64,000 bases of DNA, taken from IMG/VR virus record IMGVR_UViG_3300026116_000035; one strand, given 5' to 3'. The number at the start of each line of letters is the position of its first letter. The stretch's first letter is position 1. The translations under genes and the position numbers were made by a program. The DNA comes from a virus (lineage: Duplodnaviria; Caudoviricetes). Of this stretch, positions 9,412 to 20,063 are shown piece by piece. The notes beneath the pieces were generated by a model, which was given only the letters and a program-made list of their open reading frames with translations, searched no databases and was not told the origin of the DNA.

Positions 9412-10611
9412 ATGTTAGAATTAAATGAAGTTGAATATTGTAAAGTAAAAGTAAAATATACCGCTGATTCAGATAAAGTTAAGGAAAAATATAAAAAGGC
9501 TATTTCTGAATTAAAGAAATTGCCAGTTCCAGGCTTTCGACCCAATAAAGCTACTGATCAGGCTATTAGAAATCATTTTAAGGCTAAAATTGACGCCTGG
9601 GTTAAACAGGAAATGATCTCTGAATCTTATGAAGATATTTTATTTGAAACTAAAATACAACCTATTGGATTTCCTCAAACTTTAGATTTGAAGCTTGATG
9701 GCAATGATTTTAATTGTGAATTTCTCTTTTTAAAGAAGCCTGATTTTGAATTAAAAGAAGTTAAAGGTTTAGAAATACCTAAACCACATCAAAATATTAC
9801 ACAAAATGATTACGTAGAAGAAATGCTCCAAGAAATACGTACTCAAAATAGTAATGCCGTCCCTTATGCTGATGGAGATTTTGTTCAGGCCGGCGATACT
9901 ATTACTATGGATTATACCGTAGATGATCAAGTTGCTGAAGGTGAATTATATAAAGTTGGAAATAATCTTTTGCCTGAATTTGATGATAATATTATTGGTA
10001 TGGCTCCTGGTGAAAGTAGAGAATTTGATGTACTTAATCCCACCACAAATGCAAAATCTCACGTTAAAGTTCTTCTACACATGGGTATGAAAAAAACTTT
10101 ATGTGGTCTAGATGATGAGTTAGCTGTTAAAGTTGGATTAAAAGATTTAGCCGAACTTCGCAAGGTAGTTGAGGGTATTTCAAGTAATCGTTTGAAGCAA
10201 CATACAGATGCACAAATTGCCGATCAAATTAAAAAGCGATTAGTTGATATGCATGATTTTGAACTTCCGGAATGGTTAACAAATATGGAATTACAGCAGG
10301 TAGCTCAAAGAATGAGTATTGATCTTGCTACAGCTTCAGATCAAACTAAATCTGATTTAATTACTCAAGCAAAAAATAGCGTAAAATTTGCGTTGATTTT
10401 AGATTCTATTCGAAAAAATACTCCAGAAGCTGATTTATCTGATGAAGAGATTTTAAATATAATTAAAGCGAAAGTTGCAAATCAGGTTCAGGATGTTGAT
10501 GGATTTTTGCAAGAATCTCAGAAAAACGGGAAATTACTAGGTTTTGTTGCTCAAGTTAGAAATGAAGTTACATTACAATATTTAATTGATAATGCTAAGA
10601 TTGTAGAATAA
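9412..10611 (+). CDS. tig: trigger factor (ribosome-associated chaperone)
   Basis: VPGFRPNKA ribosome-binding loop, PDFEL.EVKGL, GDTITMDY...LPEFDDNIIGMAPGESREF FKBP-like domain, helical C-terminal domain. Confidence 0.88.
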   Translation: MLELNEVEYCKVKVKYTADSDKVKEKYKKAISELKKLPVPGFRPNKATDQAIRNHFKAKIDAWVKQEMISESYEDILFETKIQPIGFPQTLDLKLDGNDFNCEFLFLKKPDFELKEVKGLEIPKPHQNITQNDYVEEMLQEIRTQNSNAVPYADGDFVQAGDTITMDYTVDDQVAEGELYKVGNNLLPEFDDNIIGMAPGESREFDVLNPTTNAKSHVKVLLHMGMKKTLCGLDDELAVKVGLKDLAELRKVVEGISSNRLKQHTDAQIADQIKKRLVDMHDFELPEWLTNMELQQVAQRMSIDLATASDQTKSDLITQAKNSVKFALILDSIRKNTPEADLSDEEILNIIKAKVANQVQDVDGFLQESQKNGKLLGFVAQVRNEVTLQYLIDNAKIVE

Positions 10612-10625
10612 AAAAGGAAAATAAA

Positions 10626-10931
10626 ATGGCTAAAAAGAGTAAGACAAGTGACGAGAATTTAGATACTGATTTTAATCCTAAATATGCTAAGTTAATTCAG
10701 CATTTAACAGAATCCTTAGACTCAATGTCAACGGAAGATTTAAAGGAAACGATTGTAAAGGCTCAAAAATCTATTTCTGATATTGAAAAGGATATGGAAG
10801 CTGATGAACATTTGAAGGCTTTAAAGGATGAAATTAAGGATATAGTAGGATCTTTTAAAGATGTAGCCAAAGTTGAACAGGCCAAGACCATGTATTGCGT
10901 TCATTTATTAAGAACTCGTGGTGAAGAATAA
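10626..10931 (+). CDS. coiled-coil hypothetical protein
   Basis: AAGGA RBS; ORF track. Confidence 0.75.
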   Translation: MAKKSKTSDENLDTDFNPKYAKLIQHLTESLDSMSTEDLKETIVKAQKSISDIEKDMEADEHLKALKDEIKDIVGSFKDVAKVEQAKTMYCVHLLRTRGEE

Positions 10932-10940
10932 GGAATAATT

Positions 10941-11231
10941 TTGGCTATTAAGAAAACAATTCAGCAGGCTTGTTGTGGTAATACTGGTTCAACTATTATT
11001 TTTTATATAGATAAACCAATTACTAAGCTTATGGTTCCTATATTTGAAGCGGCCGGATATACCTGCCCTGCCCATTATACTAATTCTGGTATTTTTTATG
11101 CTCGAAAAGATGGTTTGGTAGCAAATACTTCAATGGGTACTACAAAAATAACAGTAAAATGTGGTGCTTTTGAAAGAGACCAAAAATTAGCTGAATTTGA
11201 AAATATTCTTAATCAAGCTTTAAATAGTTAA
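10941..11231 (+). CDS. hypothetical protein
   Basis: TTG start with AAGGA RBS; ORF track. Confidence 0.7.
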   Translation: MAIKKTIQQACCGNTGSTIIFYIDKPITKLMVPIFEAAGYTCPAHYTNSGIFYARKDGLVANTSMGTTKITVKCGAFERDQKLAEFENILNQALNS

Positions 11232-11254
11232 ATATAAATAACAATACTAATATT

Positions 11255-11288
11255 AAAGGCGATCCATATAGGTCGCCTTTTTTATTTT
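11255..11288 (+). terminator. intrinsic terminator
   Basis: AAAGGCGATCC-ATATA-GGTCGCCTTT stem followed by T tract. Confidence 0.75.
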
Positions 11289-11350
11289 CAAAATGCCGTC
11301 GAGTTTAACAGGATCCCAATCTCTTATTTATTGGCTTATTAGAGGAAAAC

Positions 11351-14300
11351 ATGACTGAAGAAATTGTAAAAGATTCAGAAACTGTAGAAATTAAAGAATA
11401 CCCGTACGTATCATTACATAATCATACTACCTATTCAATATTTCAATCGCTAATAAAGCCGGCTGATTTATTTAAACGTGCCAAAGAATTAGGTCAAAAA
11501 GCAATAGCAGTAACTGATAAAAATACATGTGCTGGATTTTGGGAATCTTTAAAAGCCTCAAAAGAAACTGGAGTAAAATTAATTGCCGGTCTAGAAATTT
11601 CATTTGTAGATGATGTATCTATTCTAGACTCTAAACTGCGTAATGTTGTTTTAATTGCAAAAAATGCTCAAGGTTATCAAAATTTATTAAAAATATCTAA
11701 AATTGGATATGATAATTTTATTATAGCAAGAAAAAATCCTTTACCTAGAATTGATTGGAAAATTTTAGAAGAATATAAAGAAGGATTGCTTTGTATTACT
11801 GGAGATACTTCTGGTATTATTCCACGATTATTAAATGATAAGAAATTTGAAGAAGCTGAAAAACAAGCTTTAAGATTAAAAGGTATATTTGGTGATGATT
11901 TAGCGTTTGAATTACAGCCTAATGCTTTAAAGCGAGCATTGGGTAATTATAATGAAATAGCTGATCAAGCTCAGGCTAATAGGCAATTAAAAAAATTAGG
12001 TGAAAAACTTAATATTAGATTAATTGCTGCAACGAATTCATATTATATAAATCCTGAACAATATGATGCTCATGATACGTGGCTTGCTATGCAAAGCTCT
12101 CAACCAAAATCATCAGGTAACCGTTTAAGTTTTAATGTTAATGATTTTTACATTAAATCTGGGAAAGAAGTATTTGAGTTCTTTAAAAGGACTCAGGGAT
12201 ATGAATTAAATGGTGACGGGGAAATTTTTGCTACTAAATTATTAAAAGATACAATTGATTTTGCTAAAAAATGTGAAAATCCGGAATGGATTGATCCTAG
12301 ATATTCTAATCCATCCGGAAAAGAGCTTCCAACCTTTCCAGTAAAGGATCAAGAAGACTATATTGAATTTAAACAATGGCTTATTAAACAAAAAAATCAA
12401 ACATTAGAAGAAGATGTTCAATATTTAAGATATAAGTGTATAACTAATTATAAAACAATTATCGCTAATAATCCTAAATATAAAAATGTAGCAGATATTT
12501 ATAAAAAACGAATTTATGAAGAATTAGATGTATTAGAAAGTCAAGGATTTTCTGGATATATGCTCATAGTTGCGGATTTTCTTGAATGGGCACGAAAAAA
12601 TAAAGTGTCTGTTGGTCCTGGTAGAGGGTCAGTTGGAGGTTCATTAATTGGATATCTTTTAGGGATACATGAGGCTGATCCAATTAAATATGGTTTAATT
12701 TTTGCTCGTTTTCATTCAAAAATGAAAATTTCGGCACCCGACTGCGATTCAGATATCTCTAAAATTAATAGGCATTTAGTTGAAAAATATTTAATTGAAA
12801 AATATGGTTCTTCACATGTTGCAAGTATTTCAACATTTAATACATTGACTCCGAAACCTTATGTTAAAGCTATAGCAAGAACTTTTTTATATGGCGGTGA
12901 TAGATCTGAGGCAGTTAAAATTGGTACTATGTTAGCTGACACAATTCCAGCTGAAGCTAAAACAGTTTCTCGTATGTTTGAATATTCTCCATTATTAAAT
13001 GAGTATTGTAAAAAATATAAAGAATTGAAAGAATATTCTGATGCATTTGGTAAAAATCCTATTGCTATTGGAACGCATGCTGCAGGACTAATTATTAGTA
13101 AAAGAGAACTAACAGGACTAGTTCCTCTTCGTAGAGATAAAGAAGGTTCAGTTTCTTTAGAATATGAGAAAGAAGGCGCAGAAGAAAATGGTATGGTTAA
13201 AATGGATTTGCTTGGATTGGCAACTCTTGATGTCATTGATAATACATATAAATTAATAAAAAAAGTTAATAAAATTATTCCATATGATAAATTTGATTAT
13301 GAATCTTATGATAAAGATGCTTACGATTTAATTTCAAATGGTGATACTATGGGTGTTTTTCAATTCGGCACATCTGGTGGAACTATAGAGCTTTGTAAAA
13401 GATATCAGCCTAAAAGTATTGAAGATTTAGCGATTATTACTACTCTTGCACGACCAGCAGCAAAAGAAATTCGAGATGATTTTTTCAAAGTTAAAAATGG
13501 AGAACAAGAAATATCGTATTTTCATCCTTTATTAGAAAGAGCATTTAGCAAAACGCTCGGATTTCCTCTTTATGATGAAAGTTTATTAATTCTTGCCGAA
13601 GATGTTGCAGGTTGGGATCTTAATGAAGCCGATAAACTTCGTAAATTAACTAAAGAAAAAGGTAAGAATCCGGCTAAAGCTAAGAAATGGAAAGAAGAAT
13701 TTATCTCTAATGCTAATGAAAGAAAAAATATTAAACCTGAAATAGCTGAAAAAATTTGGGTTGATATTATAGAGCCTTTTGGAAAATATTCCTTTAATAA
13801 ATCACATGCAGTATTGTATTCAATGATTAGTTATCATACTGCATATTTGAAAGCACATTATAGATTTGAATTTCTTGTAGCAAATTTAATGGAACAAGTA
13901 AGTTCAAAAGCTCAAAAAGCAAAAAATGATGTTGTTAAATATAAAGAAGAAATTAGAAAATTTAACGCAAAAATTGTTACTCCCAATATAAATACTTCAG
14001 GGGCCGTTTATACAATTATAGGAGAAAATACACTTGCTACAGGTTTAAATGCTTTAAAGTATATGGGTCAAGATGCAATTCCAGAAATATTAGCAAAACG
14101 GCCATTTAAATCATTTGAAGATTTTTTGACTAGAACAGATTCTTCAAAAGTAAAAGCTCCAGCAATTCAAGCATTAGCGGCCTCAGGAGCTTTATCTGAA
14201 TTTAATATGCCACGAAAGCAAATGTTTCTTTATGCTGCAGATTATAAGAAAAAATTGCAAGTATGGCTTAAAAAGAAACCAGAAAAACGTGGAGAATTCG

Positions 14301-14989
14301 TTTATCCTTGGCCTGAAACTGGGGAATGGTCAATTTCTGAAATAAATGCATTAGAGCATTTTTATATTGGTGAAGGATTAACCGGATCTAAATTTGATGT
14401 TTATAAAGGATTTTTTAGTAAACATCATCGTAATTTTGCTGATTTTGTAGGTTTTCATCCGCCACCACCTGAAGGTATGGATGAAAAAGATCTTAAAAAT
14501 TATGTTAAAAAAGTCAATTTTGTAGAGGGTATAGTTAAATCTATATTTGAATTTAAGATTAAAAAGGAAAAGAGTAAGTTATTTGGTCAGACGATGGCTA
14601 AAATATCTATTGAAGATCCTTATGGAAATGAATTAAGTATAACTTGCTTTCCAGAAAAGTGGGAATACTTAAAGGAAAGAATTAAAGATATTAATGCTAA
14701 ACTTAAATTTGAAATAGGTATGGGTTTATCTATGACAGGTAATTTACAATGGTGGGAAGGAAATTTATCATTAATATTTGATGAGTTAGCTAATGCATGT
14801 CCTCCACCACAACTTCCTGCTGATTTAAAGGCCAAGAAAACTGAAACGGTAAAAAAGGCAAAAGAAGAGGTAGTTGATGAAAATATGGATAGAAATGAAT
14901 TATTAGAAGAAATTGAAGATGAATTGGCAGAATCTGGATTTGCTGATTTAGATGATGAAAATGATTTAGAGGAACATAATTTTGAATGA
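11351..14989 (+). CDS. dnaE: DNA polymerase III alpha subunit (family C, DnaE type)
   Basis: PHP domain LHNHTTYS, GPGRGSVGGS, catalytic PDCDSD, KMDLLGL, FNKSHA, C-terminal OB fold; no intein seen. Confidence 0.95.
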   Translation: MTEEIVKDSETVEIKEYPYVSLHNHTTYSIFQSLIKPADLFKRAKELGQKAIAVTDKNTCAGFWESLKASKETGVKLIAGLEISFVDDVSILDSKLRNVVLIAKNAQGYQNLLKISKIGYDNFIIARKNPLPRIDWKILEEYKEGLLCITGDTSGIIPRLLNDKKFEEAEKQALRLKGIFGDDLAFELQPNALKRALGNYNEIADQAQANRQLKKLGEKLNIRLIAATNSYYINPEQYDAHDTWLAMQSSQPKSSGNRLSFNVNDFYIKSGKEVFEFFKRTQGYELNGDGEIFATKLLKDTIDFAKKCENPEWIDPRYSNPSGKELPTFPVKDQEDYIEFKQWLIKQKNQTLEEDVQYLRYKCITNYKTIIANNPKYKNVADIYKKRIYEELDVLESQGFSGYMLIVADFLEWARKNKVSVGPGRGSVGGSLIGYLLGIHEADPIKYGLIFARFHSKMKISAPDCDSDISKINRHLVEKYLIEKYGSSHVASISTFNTLTPKPYVKAIARTFLYGGDRSEAVKIGTMLADTIPAEAKTVSRMFEYSPLLNEYCKKYKELKEYSDAFGKNPIAIGTHAAGLIISKRELTGLVPLRRDKEGSVSLEYEKEGAEENGMVKMDLLGLATLDVIDNTYKLIKKVNKIIPYDKFDYESYDKDAYDLISNGDTMGVFQFGTSGGTIELCKRYQPKSIEDLAIITTLARPAAKEIRDDFFKVKNGEQEISYFHPLLERAFSKTLGFPLYDESLLILAEDVAGWDLNEADKLRKLTKEKGKNPAKAKKWKEEFISNANERKNIKPEIAEKIWVDIIEPFGKYSFNKSHAVLYSMISYHTAYLKAHYRFEFLVANLMEQVSSKAQKAKNDVVKYKEEIRKFNAKIVTPNINTSGAVYTIIGENTLATGLNALKYMGQDAIPEILAKRPFKSFEDFLTRTDSSKVKAPAIQALAASGALSEFNMPRKQMFLYAADYKKKLQVWLKKKPEKRGEFVYPWPETGEWSISEINALEHFYIGEGLTGSKFDVYKGFFSKHHRNFADFVGFHPPPPEGMDEKDLKNYVKKVNFVEGIVKSIFEFKIKKEKSKLFGQTMAKISIEDPYGNELSITCFPEKWEYLKERIKDINAKLKFEIGMGLSMTGNLQWWEGNLSLIFDELANACPPPQLPADLKAKKTETVKKAKEEVVDENMDRNELLEEIEDELAESGFADLDDENDLEEHNFE

Positions 14990-15285
14990 TAAAATATATT
15001 AAATATAATATTAAATATATTGAATATGATAATAATGATTTAATATCAATGATTCAGGATATTAAGAAAGATACACATAAAATTGATATTTATTATCATG
15101 CCAAATTTGATTGTGAGGAATTCGGATTTCGTTTACGTGATAATGATGAAGTATGGTTTGTTATTTTGCCTTTTAAAGAATGTAAAAAAATAATTGAATC
15201 TAGATTAAATATAAAATATAGTCAATTATATGATTATATGAATTTAACCAAAGAAGAATTTATTATTAAAAATATAATAGATTAA
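14986..15285 (+). CDS. IIKNIIE-tail family protein, array A (no Zn motif)
   Basis: Ends NLTKEEFIIKNIID; ATGA overlap with dnaE. Confidence 0.75.
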   Translation: MIKYIKYNIKYIEYDNNDLISMIQDIKKDTHKIDIYYHAKFDCEEFGFRLRDNDEVWFVILPFKECKKIIESRLNIKYSQLYDYMNLTKEEFIIKNIID

Positions 15286-15307
15286 TTGTATAATTAAAGA
15301 TTTAATT

Positions 15308-15589
15308 ATGATTACTGGTAAATATTATAATTTCAATAGATATGATAATTTACTTTATATGGTAGAAGATATGAAAAATTCTGGCCATAAAATTGTAAAA
15401 TGTGATAATTATTTTGAATTAGAATTTAAATCACATTCAGAATCAACTGCTAAATTTTGTTGGATGATTAGGTTAGATTTAGTTAAAAAAAATAATTCAT
15501 TAAATAAATTAAACATAACAATAGATCAAATAGTTGATTATGTTAACTTAACCGATGAAGAATTTATTATTAAAAATATAATAGAATAA
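15308..15589 (+). CDS. IIKNIIE-tail family protein, array A
   Basis: Ends NLTDEEFIIKNIIE; paralogue of neighbours. Confidence 0.8.
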   Translation: MITGKYYNFNRYDNLLYMVEDMKNSGHKIVKCDNYFELEFKSHSESTAKFCWMIRLDLVKKNNSLNKLNITIDQIVDYVNLTDEEFIIKNIIE

Positions 15590-15601
15590 ATATAATTTAA
15601 T

Positions 15602-15898
15602 ATGACTAAATTTTTTAAAAATGAGCATTATTTTAATAGATATACTAATTTATCTTTTATGGTAAGTGATATGAAAGCGCTAAATCATAAAATTATAAAA
15701 ATTAATAATTCCATTGATTTAATATTTAAAACATTTTCACAAGCAAATTATAAAATACATTTTGTTATGAGTTCAAGTTTAATTACAACGAATTCACTAA
15801 AAGAATTAAAAAATGAATTAAATATAACTTTAGATCAAATAGTAGATTATGTTAATTTAACTGAAAAAGAATTTATTATTAAAAATATAATAGAATAA
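15602..15898 (+). CDS. IIKNIIE-tail family protein, array A
   Basis: Ends NLTEKEFIIKNIIE. Confidence 0.8.
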   Translation: MTKFFKNEHYFNRYTNLSFMVSDMKALNHKIIKINNSIDLIFKTFSQANYKIHFVMSSSLITTNSLKELKNELNITLDQIVDYVNLTEKEFIIKNIIE

Positions 15899-16164
15899 AT
15901 GATATATAATAAATATACCGATTTAGCTTAATGATAAAAGATATTAAGCAATCAGGCCAAAAAATTGAAAAAAGTGACAATTCGACTAAATTAGAATTAG
16001 GTTTTAAATCAAATTCTACACCTGAAATATTTTGGCAGATTAGTATTTTTTATTTTATGTATCAAAAACATGTATTAAATAAATTTAATATAACATTTGA
16101 TGAAATAGTAGATTATATTAATTTAACTGAAGAAGAGTTTATTATTAAAAATATTATAGAGTAG
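15899..16164 (+). pseudogene. IIKNIIE-tail family member, array A, with 1-nt frameshift near the 5' end (downstream part 15931..16164 intact)
   Basis: ATG 15899 reads MIYNKYTDLA*, then 2 nt, then ATG 15931 MIKDIK; paralogues read YTNLSFMVSDMK continuously; ends NLTEEEFIIKNIIE. Confidence 0.65.
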
Positions 16165-16252
16165 ATATTTATTTATAATAAAAGCAAAATTTAGTCCGGT
16201 GATATATTATTATAAATGAATAAAAATGAGCCGATAAATAAGGGAAAATAAG

Positions 16253-16888
16253 ATGTTATGTAATAGTTGTAATGCAGAAATCCCGCCAGCATTTGTAAAA
16301 GCAATCAAAGTTAATATTTGTCCTGCATGTGATGGGCCTATTATGTCCGATCAAACAATTGAACTTATGGCCGGATTAAAATCAGCTTTAGAGCAAATGC
16401 CAAATGATGCCCAAGGTATTGCTGGATGGCTTTTATCTAATTATCGCATGGAAAAAGTAGGAACCGGCGAACCTACTGGATTTTATGGTATTTCAAAGAC
16501 GCCAGCTGCAAAAGATCAAAATAATTTAAAACAAGCTAAAAATCCAGTTCATAAATTTCTAAAAAATGCCGGAATAGATCCTAATAAACAAAAGGATTAT
16601 GCTCTTTTAGCCGCTCAAATAAATGCAATGGAAGAGGGAAATGAATCTGAACCTGAAGAAATTGATGATTCTGTAGAAGATGAGGATCCAGAATTCACAA
16701 AACAAGCAATGAGAACTATGATTTCGCCAAATATTAATAAAAGCCAAATGCCGAAATTTAATGAACCAGAAATTGATGAATCTTTAGATGGTTTACATCC
16801 CGCTTTACATGCGGATAGATTGAAACGATTAGAAAAACAAAAAGAATTATCATCTTTTGGCGGAACTGGAATAATTAAACGATCATAA
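16253..16888 (+). CDS. zinc-ribbon protein with acidic C-terminal half
   Basis: CNSC...CPAC at N-terminus. Confidence 0.75.
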   Translation: MLCNSCNAEIPPAFVKAIKVNICPACDGPIMSDQTIELMAGLKSALEQMPNDAQGIAGWLLSNYRMEKVGTGEPTGFYGISKTPAAKDQNNLKQAKNPVHKFLKNAGIDPNKQKDYALLAAQINAMEEGNESEPEEIDDSVEDEDPEFTKQAMRTMISPNINKSQMPKFNEPEIDESLDGLHPALHADRLKRLEKQKELSSFGGTGIIKRS

Positions 16889-16889
16889 T

Positions 16890-17222
16890 ATGCAAAGAAT
16901 AATAAATAATAAAAGAATAGATTTAACTGATGAGGAGTATAAAATATATGAAGAACTTTGTGCGTCATATAATCGTGACAATTTCAATGGTAAAGATCTT
17001 TTTAACGACTTATTTGAAACAGACGATGAAGGAATAATTATTTTTTTAAGACCGCCTAAAACCACATTTAGTATGGAAATTATCATATATTTAAATAATA
17101 TTATGACTCATCAGCATTTAAGAAAGATCGCCTCAGAACATAATTTGGCAATGAAGGAATTTAAACAATTAAAATCTGAAATAACCGAATTATTAACTGA
17201 ATTAAAGAAAAATTCGAGCTGA
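16890..17222 (+). CDS. hypothetical protein
   Basis: ORF track; tight packing. Confidence 0.7.
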   Translation: MQRIINNKRIDLTDEEYKIYEELCASYNRDNFNGKDLFNDLFETDDEGIIIFLRPPKTTFSMEIIIYLNNIMTHQHLRKIASEHNLAMKEFKQLKSEITELLTELKKNSS

Positions 17223-17246
17223 AAGAATACTTAAAATAAAATATAT

Positions 17247-17795
17247 ATGTCAAAAGAAGATTGGGAAGTAAAACCTTTCCCCACAAAACAAAATTTATCA
17301 GAATCAAGTAAACCCACAGATGTTATTCTTCCTCCTAAGAGAAATTCTCAGATTGAAAAGACAGATGAGGGTTTTCTATCAAATGCAGAACGCGTTGAAT
17401 ATTTAATCAATAAAATATCAAAAGAATTAAAAATAGCTCATAGTCAGAAATATGATGCCACACAAGCTGAATTAACTGCAGCTCTAGTTCTAGATGCTCA
17501 AAAAGAATTATCAGAGTTTTTATCCGATGCTGAATTAATTAGCAAAGAAAAAAAAGCTGAAGTTGAACGAGTAGAAGCTGAACGATATTATTTTTATAAA
17601 GAAAATTCTGAATCTAAAACTTCAGATGTAGCTTTAACGAGATTAGTATCTAAGGATGAATTAGTATTAACTGCAAAGAAAGAGCAATATAGTGCTGAAT
17701 CTGATTTTTCCAAGTATAAGAATTTATTTGGGATGTTAAAAGATGCTCATGTATTTTTTAGAGGATTAGCGAAGGGGAAGAACGATTGGACGTAA
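17247..17795 (+). CDS. helical protein, possible UvsY-like recombination mediator
   Basis: All-helical, about 180 aa, directly upstream of RecA; function inferred from context only. Confidence 0.4.
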   Translation: MSKEDWEVKPFPTKQNLSESSKPTDVILPPKRNSQIEKTDEGFLSNAERVEYLINKISKELKIAHSQKYDATQAELTAALVLDAQKELSEFLSDAELISKEKKAEVERVEAERYYFYKENSESKTSDVALTRLVSKDELVLTAKKEQYSAESDFSKYKNLFGMLKDAHVFFRGLAKGKNDWT

Positions 17796-17845
17796 TTTTG
17801 ATAAAAAAGAATAATTAAAAAATATTAAATAAATTAAGGAAATAA

Positions 17846-18844
17846 ATGGTAAAAAATACCGAAAAAACAGAAAAAAAAGTAATAAAATTAGATTTAAATA
17901 AATTGGTTGAATCAGTTCGCGCAACATACGGAAAAAATGAACAAAATTTAGCTAAACAAATTTCAACAGGTTCATCAATTTCTCGTCCTACCGGTGAAGA
18001 TGCCTTTGTATGTTGGAAAAATTCCCCTTGGGCCGAGTTAACAGGTATTCCAGGTTTACCATTTGGAAGAATTATTCAAATTGCAGGCCGTCCAGATTCA
18101 GGGAAATCCACCCACGCTATGCAGTTTATGAAAGCTGCACAAGAACAAAATGTATTAGTTATTTTATGGGATACAGAAGGTAAATTCTCTGCCCGTAGAT
18201 TTGATAAGAATTTCGGTGGAGATTCGTCACAATTAATTACTATTTCGTCTAAAATGATTCTTGAAGGTGCCTCAGAGATTGAAAAAGTTATTACTGCGGC
18301 TAAAGAACAAGATTCAGATTGTAGAATTTTAATTGTCTGGGATTCGATCGGAGGCAGTCTTGCTAAGAATGAGGGTGACGATCACGATTTACTTGATGGA
18401 AAACAAATGGCCGCCGCTGCTAAAGAAAATGGAGCTGTAATGCGTGCGTTTGTTCGATTAATGGAAAAATATAAAAATCGTGAAACTAACGAAGAGACTA
18501 TTACGATCCTTTTAATAAATCAATTATATTCTAATATAGGTTCTGTAGGATCTACAAATGCTGGCGGCCAAAAAGTAGAATATTTTTCTTCATTAATTCT
18601 TCAATTATCTAGAAAGTCTGATTTAACTAAAGTTAAAGACGGAATTAAACGTAAAATCGGAATTGTTACACGGGCTAAAGTTAAGAAAAATCATTTATTT
18701 GACGGTGATGATTCAATTGCTGAGCTTGATTTAGTTATTACAGCTGGTGGCATCGATCTCCTTTCAAAGCAAAAGACCAAAAAAGATAAATCTGAAGATG
18801 GTTGGGATGACAGCGATAATGGCGAAGTGGAACTAGCTGATTAA
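17846..18844 (+). CDS. recA: RecA/UvsX recombinase
   Basis: GLPFGRIIQIAGRPDSGKST Walker A, WDSIGG Walker B, LLINQ, GGQKVEYFSS, VKKNHL. Confidence 0.9.
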   Translation: MVKNTEKTEKKVIKLDLNKLVESVRATYGKNEQNLAKQISTGSSISRPTGEDAFVCWKNSPWAELTGIPGLPFGRIIQIAGRPDSGKSTHAMQFMKAAQEQNVLVILWDTEGKFSARRFDKNFGGDSSQLITISSKMILEGASEIEKVITAAKEQDSDCRILIVWDSIGGSLAKNEGDDHDLLDGKQMAAAAKENGAVMRAFVRLMEKYKNRETNEETITILLINQLYSNIGSVGSTNAGGQKVEYFSSLILQLSRKSDLTKVKDGIKRKIGIVTRAKVKKNHLFDGDDSIAELDLVITAGGIDLLSKQKTKKDKSEDGWDDSDNGEVELAD

Positions 18845-18904
18845 AAATAAACCTGAAGTTCTTGTCGAGAATTTCAAATTTTTTAAATATAAAAGAAAGA
18901 CAAA

Positions 18905-19306
18905 ATGGTTAAGGAATTAAAAAGCGGTACATCAGATTTTGTTACCGGAGATCCAATTTTAGCTTCTGCAGATTCGGACGCAATTGCAAGAATTCGCGAG
19001 AATTCTATCAATAAACCGGTATATATTATAAGAGTTCAAGGCCTGTATGGAAATGAAAGGGAGTTTCATTCTTCTAAAAATTTAGTTGAAACACCAAATT
19101 ATGTTCAATTTACAGGAATTGAAATCTTAGTAGAAACCAAGAAAACGCAAAAAACAGATAGAAATTCACAAGTATTAAAAAAAACAAGTAAAGATTTAAA
19201 ACCTTTACCTGAAGCCAATAAGGGAAATGTCGTAGATATAAAAATTCCCTGGCACAGAATAATTGAAATACAGAATGTAAGCTATCAGAATAAAAACGCA
19301 AAATAA
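18905..19306 (+). CDS. hypothetical protein
   Basis: ORF track. Confidence 0.7.
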   Translation: MVKELKSGTSDFVTGDPILASADSDAIARIRENSINKPVYIIRVQGLYGNEREFHSSKNLVETPNYVQFTGIEILVETKKTQKTDRNSQVLKKTSKDLKPLPEANKGNVVDIKIPWHRIIEIQNVSYQNKNAK

Positions 19307-19315
19307 GGAAAATAA

Positions 19316-20032
19316 ATGAGTGAAAAAAATCAATTCGGTGCAACTAGTTGGGATATAGACACAGGTTCTTCGTTCAAGAAAGGTCCGTCAGCAAAAGACC
19401 TTTATTTACGTCTAGAACAGGGTAGTAACGTTATTAGAATTATTACCAAGCCGCATGAGTATTTGGTCCATCAGGGTTTTAAGCCTGATCCTCAAGCTCC
19501 AGGTTATGGCAAAAAAGTAATGTCATCAAAGTTTTATGGTGAAGATTGTTTAGAGAAGCCGCCGTGGAATTTAAAGGCTAAGCGTCGTTGGCTTGTTGGT
19601 GTTATTGATCGTAAGACTCAATCATATAAGCTTCTAGACATTTCGAAGTCAGTATTTGATGGTATTCGTGAATTAGTTCGAGACTCTGATTATGGTCCGA
19701 CTGAGGGTTATGATATCGATATTAAGGTCGATAAGCAAGGCGGAGCTACTGGATATTACAAAGTAGTGCCGAAGCCTGCTAAGCCGCTCTCTCCTGCTGA
19801 TTTAGAGATTAAGCAGAATGTAGATTTGGAAGATCTTAAACGGAGGTGCTCGCCACCCACTATTGCAAGTATGGAAGAGCGTGTTAAAGCTATTATTGCT
19901 GAAGCTGGAATTAAAACTCCCGCGAATGGAGCAGCAGTAACAATGTCAAATTCGGCTTCTTCGTCAGTTTCTGAAAATCATGATTCAGATAATAGTGGAG
20001 ATGATGATTTTGACTTTCCACCGGTTAACTAA
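19316..20032 (+). CDS. single-stranded DNA-binding protein (gp32-like)
   Basis: LRLEQGSNVIRI, WLVGVIDRK, GYDIDIK...GYYKVVPKP and acidic aromatic tail DDDFDFPPVN; next to RecA; AAGGA RBS. Confidence 0.7.
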   Translation: MSEKNQFGATSWDIDTGSSFKKGPSAKDLYLRLEQGSNVIRIITKPHEYLVHQGFKPDPQAPGYGKKVMSSKFYGEDCLEKPPWNLKAKRRWLVGVIDRKTQSYKLLDISKSVFDGIRELVRDSDYGPTEGYDIDIKVDKQGGATGYYKVVPKPAKPLSPADLEIKQNVDLEDLKRRCSPPTIASMEERVKAIIAEAGIKTPANGAAVTMSNSASSSVSENHDSDNSGDDDFDFPPVN

Positions 20033-20063
20033 TCTTAATAAAATATAATTTAAAATAGTTCTT

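Noticed and set aside
11351-14989. Intein or intron in dnaE (also checked terL and recA)
   Set aside because: Motifs are contiguous at expected spacing; no C/S...HN intein ends or LAGLIDADG blocks seen
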